Shown piece after piece: positions 1 to 6,519 of a DNA stretch of 6,942 bases (position 1 is the stretch's first letter; the number at the start of each line of letters is the position of its first letter). The notes below the pieces were generated by a model. The model was given only the letters and a program-made list of their open reading frames with translations. It made no database searches and had not been told where the DNA came from. Both the position numbers and the translations under genes were made by a program. Source of the stretch: Octopus sinensis (lineage: Eukaryota); contig NW_021829186.1 in NCBI RefSeq assembly GCF_006345805.1, forward strand, positions 1 to 6,942, in the 5' to 3' direction.

Positions 1-424
1 ATGAAACGTAATAATTGGTACATCACCGCAGTTAAATTAATATGAGGATTGAGATAGCTGCGAAGGAGGACAAAAAGAAATAGTAGTTTTTTAAGAGAAT
101 ATGGTGCTAAATATTTCTTTACCAAAATGAAAATCGGTAGGATTTTTATGAACGTCGAGAGGGTCTGGAAAACTTGTTCGCAAAGAAGAAAAAAACCCTA
201 CACAAAAATGTTATTGAACTTTGGCTATACAAAACTCTTAATAGTAAACTCTTGACACAAAACTTGAGATGCAATAAATAGGAAAATAACGTTCGGTTAG
301 CTTGTAGTGGTTAGCTTTCAATACAATGTAATGAGATCGTTGGAATGTAAAGATTTCGAAGTATTTAATCTATTTTGGTAGTAAAATGTCACAAAGAAGA
401 AACCCAAACTGCTGTCTGCAAGTT

Positions 425-630
425 ATTTTTACTTGTTTCAGTTACTAGGCTGCGGCCTTGCTGGGGCACTGCCTTGAAATGATTAGTCAGAAATATCGAC
501 ACGAAGACTTTTTTAAAAAAAAATTTGATTCCTGTTTTATCTGTGACTTTTGCCGCACATCCAAATTACAAGGACATAAACAAAGCAACACCTGTTCTCA
601 AATGGTAGGATAGACAAACACAAAGACACA
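425..630 (-). mobile_element. Diverged 3' half of SINE family A (octopus-type tRNA-head SINE)
   Basis: TTTACTTGTTTCAG...CTGCGGCCTTGCTGGGGCACTGCC and TTTTGCCGCACATCCAAATTACAAGGACATAAACA align with the copy at 682-845 and with the reverse complement of 4380-4554. It runs out into a (CA)n tract. Confidence 0.7.
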
Positions 631-684
631 CACACACAGACACACCACACACATACACACATATGTATATACATATATATATAC
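625..684. repeat. Compound (CA)n/(TA)n microsatellite
   Basis: Directly visible. Confidence 0.95.
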
Positions 685-845
685 TCTCTTTACTCTTTTA
701 CAGGTTTCAGTCATGTGACTGTGGCCATACTGGAGCACCGCCTTCAGTCGAGCAAATCGACCCCAGAACTTATTCTTTGTAAGCCTAGTACTTATTCTAT
801 CGTTCTCTTTTACCGAACCACTAAGTTACGGGGACGTAAACACAC
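682..845 (-). mobile_element. 3' half of SINE family A
   Basis: TACTCTCTTTACTCTTTTA tail followed by GTTTCAGTCATGTGACTGTGGCCATACTGGAGCACCGCC...TAAGTTACGGGGACGTAAACAC. Homologous in reverse complement to 3211-3304 and 4380-4554. Matches an abundant octopus SINE from recall. Confidence 0.85.
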
Positions 846-1022
846 ATAAACACACATACATACATATATACATACATACATACATAAATACATACATACA
901 TATATATATATATACATACATACATATATACGCATGCTTGTCTATAGGTTTGTATGTAAGTAGCTGATAATAGACACACCCACACATACACACACACGCA
1001 CACACACACACATATATATATA
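841..1022. repeat. Compound (CA)/(TACA)/(TA) microsatellite region
   Basis: Directly visible, with a short non-repeat interruption at ~930-975. Confidence 0.9.
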
Positions 1023-1059
1023 ATGTTGGTAATGAAAAGACAGAGGCAGAAAGACACAC

Positions 1060-1091
<32 letters not shown>

Positions 1092-1122
1092 GATAGATAG
1101 ATAGATAGATAGATAGATAGAC

Positions 1123-1189
<67 letters not shown>

Positions 1190-1236
1190 CAGACAGATAG
1201 ATCGTTAGATGTATAGAAAGACAGACAGACAGATAG
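1060..1236. repeat. (GATA)n with (GACA) variants
   Basis: About 35 near-perfect GATA units followed by GACA units. Confidence 0.98.
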
Positions 1237-1625
1237 AATACCTCTATACACAATATAAGTTAGTAGTGAGAACCTACAGAGCGGTTATTTGCTTATAAGG
1301 TATAATAGATTATCATTTATTACGATTGAAAACAAAATATGATTTGTGTATATTCTGATTCAGTTTATCGATTTTGCAATGATCGCGGGTAATATTGGTA
1401 ACAAGAAATTATAGAACGTCGTGCAATAAATTGAGAAGCTGATTGTCATTGTAATGGGGGGGGGGGAACAATATCGTATTTGTATTGTTCTGCGTTGGCC
1501 GATATTTTATGTTTGTGTTACGTGTGGCGGAAGCCGTTTTAGCTCGTTTCCACTTTATAGTTTTTTTGCAAGACAAAAAAGTTGCATGTAAAAATTTTGC
1601 GATAAATGAGCCATCACCATTATCA

Positions 1626-1705
1626 AGTAGTAGTAGTAGTAGTTAGTAGTAGTAGTAGTAGTAGTAGAGTAGTAGAGTAGTAGGAGTAGTTAGTAGTAGT
1701 GTAGA

Positions 1706-1752
<47 letters not shown>

Positions 1753-1806
1753 TAGTAGTAGTAGGAGTAGAGAGTAGGAGAGTAGTAGTAGTAGTAGTAT
1801 AGTAGT

Positions 1807-1838
<32 letters not shown>

Positions 1839-1973
1839 GTGTGGTAGTAGTATTGTAGTAGTAGTGGTGTGTAGTAGTAGTAGTGTGGTGGTGGTGGTGG
1901 GGGTGAGTAGTAGTAGGTTAGTGTAGTAGTAGTAGTAGTAGTAGTAGGAGGAGGAGGAGGAGTAGCAGTAGTA
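1626..1973. repeat. Long imperfect (AGT)n tract with GGT and GGA patches
   Basis: Directly visible. Confidence 0.98.
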
Positions 1974-2171
1974 AGGCGGCCAGCTGATAAAATCGTTAGC
2001 ACGCCGTACAAAATGCTCAGCGGTGTCTCTTCCGTCTTTTACGTTCTGTGTTCAACATCTTCAGCCTTTAATCCTTCTCGGGGTCGATAAAATAAGTACC
2101 AATTGAGCACTGGGGTCGATGTAATCGATTAGGCCAAAAAATTTCCGTCTTTGTATTCAAAATAGAAATCA
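1974..2171 (+). mobile_element. SINE family B, near full length
   Basis: Head AGGCGGCCAGCTGATAAAATCGTTAGCACGCC, degenerate B-box (GTTCAACATC), core GCCTTTAATCCTTCTCGGGGTCGATAAAATAAGTACC...CTGGGGTCGATGTAATCGA. Homologous to the reverse complements of 2878-3038 and 5390-5575. Confidence 0.85.
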
Positions 2172-2185
2172 TCTTCGTCGTCGCC

Positions 2186-2217
2186 ATGATGATGATAATC
2201 AACAACAACAACAACAA
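2186..2217. repeat. Short (ATG)n/(AAC)n microsatellite at the SINE 3' end
   Basis: Directly visible. Confidence 0.85.
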
Positions 2218-2464
2218 GCCTTGGATATCACTGTCACGAGTCCTACGACTAAAAAACACGAATATTTTAACCATGAAAGGTTTAGCATTTTGTGAGAAAG
2301 TGAAGTTATGAACTGCTATACTTTGTGCGCTGTTGTTCCATGTGTCTTAAGGGTAACTCGACTAACCTAGCAACAGAAAAACTTCACAGAGAAACTCTCG
2401 CCATATAAGAAGACAGTTAGGCATGGATGCATTTTTATATTACTACCACGTGTCATAGGACTCA

Positions 2465-2680
2465 CGAGCGGTGCTGGAAAGTTCCTGGCTTTAAGGGAAT
2501 TGCGAAAGGCATGGTTGGAGTCCCGGCCTTGTGAGTTGTTTTTCTAGGCTTCGAAAAACTGAAGAACCGCTGCGATAAGTGTGTGAATCTGAGAGGGGGA
2601 TATGTTGAATAAAATCGTAATTGATTGATACTCCTATATTTTCTTTTACACAAAGCCAGGAACATTTCAGAAACCCCTCA
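2465..2680 (+). mobile_element. Non-autonomous mariner (Tc1/mariner superfamily) deletion derivative / MITE
   Basis: Imperfect ~28-bp TIRs: CGAGCGGTGCTGGAAAGTTCCTGGCTTT (2465-2492) and AAAGCCAGGAACATTTCAGAAACCCCTCA (2652-2680). TA at 2681-2682, and CA at 2463-2464 is a probable mutated TA. 2547-2612 translates to GFEKLKNRCDKCVNLRGGYVE*, the typical mariner transposase C-terminus (KLxxRWxKCVxxxGxYVE). Confidence 0.88.
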
Positions 2681-2737
2681 TATTTGGCCAGTTACACCGA
2701 TTTCGATGCTGTTTAAGTGACTGAGATCACGGTCTTA

Positions 2738-2833
2738 ATGATAATAATAATAATGATAATAATAATAATAATAATAATAAAAATTATAATAATAGTTATA
2801 ATGATAATGATGATGATGATGATGATGATGATA

Positions 2834-2878
<45 letters not shown>
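2738..2878. repeat. Compound (ATA)n-(ATG)n microsatellite
   Basis: Directly visible. Confidence 0.97.
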
Positions 2879-3038
2879 TCTATTGGAGGCACACGGTCTC
2901 AAATTTGTGGAGAGGGGACTAGTCGATTACATCGACACAAAAGGATAAAAAGGCGAAGTCGACCATGGTGGAATTTGAACTCAGAACGTAGTGACATGCG
3001 AATTACCACGTACTAACGATTCTGCCACCTCGCTGCCC
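2878..3038 (-). mobile_element. SINE family B with internal deletions
   Basis: Reverse complement reads GGCAGCGAGGTGGCAGAATCGTTAGTACG (A-box-like head)...CTGAGTTCAAATTCC (B-box, plus 2970-2980)...GTCGATGTAATCGACTAG. Homologous to 1974-2171. Confidence 0.85.
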
Positions 3039-3039
<1 letters not shown>

Positions 3040-3075
<36 letters not shown>

Positions 3076-3114
3076 TAATGATGATGATGATCATGATCAT
3101 AATCATGGTGATGG

Positions 3115-3168
<54 letters not shown>

Positions 3169-3210
3169 GTGATGATGGTGATGGTGGTGGTGGTGATGAT
3201 GATGATGATG
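3040..3210. repeat. Compound (ATA)n-(ATG)n-(GTG) microsatellite
   Basis: Directly visible. Confidence 0.97.
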
Positions 3211-3304
3211 TAAGTTCTGGGATTGACTTGTTCAACTAAAAACATTCGAGTCGGTGCCCCAGCATTGCCGCAGTCCAATGGCTAAAACAAAAGATAAAAG
3301 ATAA
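3211..3304 (+). mobile_element. 5'-truncated 3' end of SINE family A
   Basis: TAAGTTCTGGGATTGACTTGTTCAACT...CGGTGCCCCAGCATTGCCGCAGTCCAATGGCTAAAACAAAAGATAAAAGATAA matches the reverse complement of 682-775. Confidence 0.8.
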
Positions 3305-3587
3305 CAAAAAAAGGAAATTAACGATAACGAACTATCAATACAGTTATTAAACAATTTAGATTCCTTTTAGATCTCGAAATAGAAAAGTGGAGAGAAAAAA
3401 AGCAGTGTATGATTTAAATATACAAATATGATTTTATTCAGAGAAGTGGAAACATTCTTTGTTCTACAAAACACACTTATGTCACGATTAGGCACTTCCA
3501 TAGATTCTGACAGTCAAAGCGTGTCCCGTTTTTGGAAAAGTGCCAAAATGGAAACATTTTAGCCAATGTATTAATAAAAAGTACTGC

Positions 3588-3683
3588 CTCTCTCTCATTC
3601 TCTCTATCTCTCCTGTCACTCCCTCGGATATTTCTATCTATCTCTCTCCCCCCTTTCTCTCTCTTCCCTTTCTCTCTCTCTTC

Positions 3684-3720
<37 letters not shown>

Positions 3721-3763
3721 ATATATATCGCTCTCGATCTCTTTAGATATATATATATATATA
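3588..3763. repeat. Imperfect (CT)n pyrimidine tract followed by (AT)n
   Basis: Directly visible. Confidence 0.95.
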
Positions 3764-4032
3764 ATAAAAGGCTTCCAAATAAGGAAGCGTAGTGCTAGAA
3801 ACACAAAAAGGGATAAATTCATGAAAGGAATGAAAATTAAAAAGCATTTACCATCTCAGCTATATCCCAGACCGAACGGTTTCTACCTCTTTTTTTAGCA
3901 AACACACAGAATATATTTGCCAGGCCAGGTTCTTCAGTGGGAAGCCTTCGTAAGCCTAGACGCACAGACTGTTAGAAGCACATGTAGATCTAACGGTTTG
4001 TATATCTTAACTTTTCAAACCTCCATGCATAA

Positions 4033-4180
4033 ATGTATGTATGTATGTATGTACATACGTATGTGTATGTACATGTGTATATGTGTGTGTTTGTGTGTGC
4101 GTGTGTGCGTTTGTGCGTGTGTATGCATGTGTGTGCATGTGTGAATTGTGAGTATATTGTGTGTGTGTGTGTGTGTGTGT
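4033..4180. repeat. (TGTA)n/(GT)n microsatellite
   Basis: Directly visible. Confidence 0.95.
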
Positions 4181-4554
4181 GGCTTTGTAGTAAGACGTTT
4201 GCTTCCCAACCACATGGTTCCGTGTTATCCTAATGCGTAGCACCTTGGACAAGGTTCTTAGTATAGCCTCGGCCCGACCAAAGCCTCGTAAGCGGAAGAC
4301 AGAAACTGAAAGAGGCCCGTCGTTCACGTAAATATGTGTTTGTGGGAGGGCGAGTCTTTTTCTCGGTGTTTGTCCCCTCCTATGTTTACGTTCCCGTAAC
4401 TTAAAGATTCGACAAAAGAGACTAATAGAAAATGTACCAGACTTAACAAAACAAGTATTGCAGTGGATTCGTTTGACTGAAATTCTTGAAGGCGGTGACG
4501 TAGCATGGCCGCAGTCTAAAGCCTGGAACAAGCAAAAGAAATAAAAGAAATAAA
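4179..4554 (+). mobile_element. Near full-length SINE family A (tRNA-like head, body, A-rich tail)
   Basis: A-box-like GTGGCTTTGTAGTAAG, degenerate B-box region 4216-4232, CACCTTGGACAAG body and GGCGGTGACGTAGCATGGCCGCAGTC 3' region shared with the other family A copies. Tail is AAAAGAAATAAAAGAAATAAA. Confidence 0.85.
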
Positions 4555-4903
4555 TGTCAAATAAATGGTGTGTTGCATTGTTTTTAAACACATTACACAC
4601 TGTTTGAAACGATGGCACATTTTTTCTATTTTTCACGGATTTTAGTAAAACTTGGTACTTTAGATAAAAATTTGATATTTTCGGTTCAACTGACTCAATC
4701 GTAACACAAGGGATGGGTGCCTTTTGCCAAAGGAAAATGATCTTTTCTGTTACAATCTTAAAAATTTGTTTGATTGAAGGATCTTTCCTAACTACATTCT
4801 TTAGTAAGTTCTTGTAAATTGGCAAAACTCGCTTGTTAAGATCACATGGAGTACCAGATATCGGGCACTCAATATCATGACGCGTTGTTCGCTCAGGAGG
4901 CAT
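4553..4903 (-). pseudogene. Transposase N-terminal fragment (~117 aa), hAT(m)-like, lacking the DDE catalytic domain
   Basis: MPPERTTRHDIECPISG...VLPIY...KDPSIKQI...LWQKAPIP...KY..LLKS..LFDI matches the recalled N-terminal pattern TRxxxxCPIFG/LPTY/KEPS/IWxKASIP/LFDI of invertebrate hAT-type transposases. Homology stops at LFDI, exactly at the SINE tail. Confidence 0.7.
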
Positions 4904-4905
4904 CA

Positions 4906-5005
4906 CTAAATGTAAACAACACTAAAAGAAACACGATTATAAATTTTAATACAATGGCCCAATGTCAAGGTATAAAGCAGAAAACTTCACACACGTACAA
5001 CATAC
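4906..5005 (-). other. Putative 100-nt 5'UTR intron of the transposase transcript
   Basis: Donor GTATGT at 5005-5000 and acceptor TTTCTTTTAGTGTTGTTTACATTTAG ending at 4906, two nt before ATG 4903. Confidence 0.4.
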
Positions 5006-5033
5006 GTCCACATGCAACGACCGTTGCAGCAGC

Positions 5034-5068
5034 ACTGGAAAGAAGTTCACACTCCCGTTCTCTTTATA
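5034..5068 (-). promoter_or_regulatory. Putative TATA box plus Inr-like element of the transposase gene
   Basis: Minus-strand TATAAA at 5068-5063 and CCAGT with its A at 5036, 32 nt from the first T of the TATA box. This is close to canonical Pol II spacing and lies upstream of the transposase ATG. Confidence 0.4.
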
Positions 5069-5343
5069 GTTCTCTTTATTCTCTTAAGGATACTATATTT
5101 ACTGATTTGCATTCTGCTATGTAGAAATATCTATTCGTTACAACTTATAATCCATGAAATCCAAAATTCAACCCAAAATAGCGGTTTTTAAAATTTTTCA
5201 ATTGCATTGCGGAGCCTAAAAAGAATATTCAAACGCAAAGTTGTTTTTATACCTTTCTTTTAACCCTAAATCACAACAAAATATCGATTCTTAGTTACCA
5301 ATTCCGAAAGCTGCATTTTCACTCCACCCTAACTGACATATTA

Positions 5344-5752
5344 ATTGCTGGTAGGGACACCGTGTTTCGTCATACAGCCATAATATACTTATTTCTTTAC
5401 TACCCACAAGGGGCTAAACACAGACAGGACAATCAAGGACAGACAAACGGATTAAGTCGATTATATCTACCCCAAAAGGATGAAAGGCAAAGTGGACCTC
5501 GGCGGTATATGAACTCAGAACGTAGCGACAGACAATATACTGTTAAACATTTCGCCCGGCGTGCTAACATTTATGCAGCCATAATATACTGCCAAGTAAT
5601 TAAAGGTAGCATGATCATTAAAGTAATTATAAGTTAATATATTATCCCTCCCATGTTAGCAGTGCTAGTCAATCACTTTTTGAAGTTATACCTATAGATA
5701 CTTAGTATTATATGATGCTTACATAACGAAATACGGTGTCCCCAACAGCAAT
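5344..5752. mobile_element. Unclassified MITE with ~30-bp TIRs, containing a nested SINE
   Basis: 5343-5372 AATTGCTGGTAGGGACACCGTGTTTCGTCA versus the reverse complement of 5724-5753, AATTGCTGTTGGGGACACCGTATTTCGTTA: 26/30 identical. TTA lies at 5341-5343 and 5753-5755, or alternatively AATT at both ends. Confidence 0.75.
5390..5575 (-). mobile_element. SINE family B copy with 15-bp target-site duplication
   Basis: Reverse complement reads GTTAGCACGCCGGGCGAAATG...CTACGTTCTGAGTTC...GCCTTTCATCC...AATCGACTTAATCCG. Flanked by perfect CAGCCATAATATACT at 5375-5389 and 5576-5590. Confidence 0.88.
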
Positions 5753-5761
5753 TTATTTTAT

Positions 5762-5805
5762 GCTTGCATGTATGTGCATGTATGTGTATGCATATGCGTG
5801 TGTAT
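5762..5805. repeat. Degenerate (TGCA/TGTA/GT) microsatellite
   Basis: Directly visible. Confidence 0.7.
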
Positions 5806-6084
5806 TTGCCTTGTATTCACACCAGTACGTTTACTTTATACCGTATCCTGAAACTTAGAGCTTCATAAACAATTCCCGAATGCTTTGCACGATATTACCA
5901 TTGTCGATTCTATCTTTTGATACAGTGAATTCACTCACTGGTTTCAATGTTCTTAATACAAATGCATTCTTTGGCATTCCCTTCCTAAGTACCGAATCTT
6001 TTCATCAGCATTAGATATTCAAATATTTGTTTCAAAGCATCTGCAACCGTTTCTTATTTTTATTTCATTGTTACTGGCATCCAA

Positions 6085-6193
6085 ATGTAGTTTGGAAGGT
6101 CCTGCTTTGTCTGTCACCGCGTGAGGCTCAATCCGCCTGAGAATTGCGTTGCTGCTACATGTGTCTGTAGAACACTCAGCCACTTCATGTTAA
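6085..6193 (-). mobile_element. Probable diverged fragment of a third octopus-type interspersed repeat
   Basis: GAGAATTGCGTT...ACATGTGTCTGTAGAACACTCAGCCACTTCATGTTAA resembles, from recall only, an abundant octopus repeat. There is no second copy in the window to confirm it. Confidence 0.4.
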
Positions 6194-6262
6194 ATGGATT
6201 TGCATTAAATTTCAGTCGGAAGCTAGAAACTCATGGTCGGGAATTCTGACACAAATCCGTTG

Positions 6263-6407
6263 GTGTGTGCATACGTGTGTGTATTTCTCTCTCTCTCTGT
6301 CTCTGTCTGTCTCTCTCTCTCTCTCTCGCTATACATACATACTTATATAATACATACATACTTATATAATAATACATACATACATACATAATACATACAT
6401 ACATACA
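6263..6407. repeat. Compound (GT)/(CT)/(TACA) microsatellite
   Basis: Directly visible. Confidence 0.93.
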
Positions 6408-6483
6408 TGCAAAAACTGTCCGATGAACGGCAACGGGAAACTCAGAGTAACAGGTTGTTGAATTTTCTGCTGCCTTTAAATAA

Positions 6484-6484
<1 letters not shown>

Positions 6485-6514
<30 letters not shown>
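6485..6514. repeat. (TA)n microsatellite
   Basis: Directly visible. Confidence 0.95.

Positions 6515-6519
<5 letters not shown>

Larger units (their letters stand above)
4553..5332 (-). mobile_element. 5' portion of a hAT-superfamily DNA transposon (probably hATm group), truncated
   Basis: Minus-strand terminus TTAGGGTGG at 5332-5324, consistent with hATm termini as I recall them. It is followed by an AT-rich subterminal region, a promoter-like region and a transposase N-terminus. No matching right TIR was found in the window. Confidence 0.65.

Noticed and set aside
1-197. Minus-strand open frame running off the window edge (...LRSYLNPHINLTAVMYQLLRF)
   Set aside because: No start codon, hydrophobic bias explained by T-richness, and no recognisable family. 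It cannot be evaluated without flanking sequence.
1456-1466. G11 homopolymer as a G-quadruplex
   Set aside because: A single run with no additional G-tracts nearby
821-2011. ORFs 821-1057, 826-1251, 942-1253 and 1643-2011
   Set aside because: They are translations of CA/TACA/GATA/AGT microsatellites, which lack stop codons in some frames
2300-2366. Minus-strand ELPLRH followed by frameshifted GTT, resembling the hAT(m) CxxHxNELPLRH region
   Set aside because: The CxxH is absent, and neither flank translates into transposase-like sequence. Most likely chance; a tBLASTn with a full hATm transposase would settle it.
2717-3822. Poly-I/M/H/L and SL/RE ORFs (2717-3016, 3003-3278, 3038-3235, 3532-3792, 3540-3746, 3634-3822)
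   Set aside because: Low-complexity artefacts of ATA/ATG/CT repeats and SINE sequence
4179-4250. tRNA gene
   Set aside because: The Pol III boxes are degenerate, no cloverleaf is evident, and the sequence continues into a SINE body
4029-4557. ATAAATGT direct repeat (4029-4036 and 4550-4557) as a TSD that would rejoin the transposase (FDIYAWRF, resembling FDIxACKC)
   Set aside because: It is an AT-rich 8-mer overlapping the SINE tail and a microsatellite. The rejoined frame hits two stops within ~20 codons, although the upstream 117 codons are clean.
5263-5332. Two TTAGGG(T) hexamers on the minus strand as telomeric repeats
   Set aside because: Isolated single copies, better explained as transposon terminal and subterminal motifs
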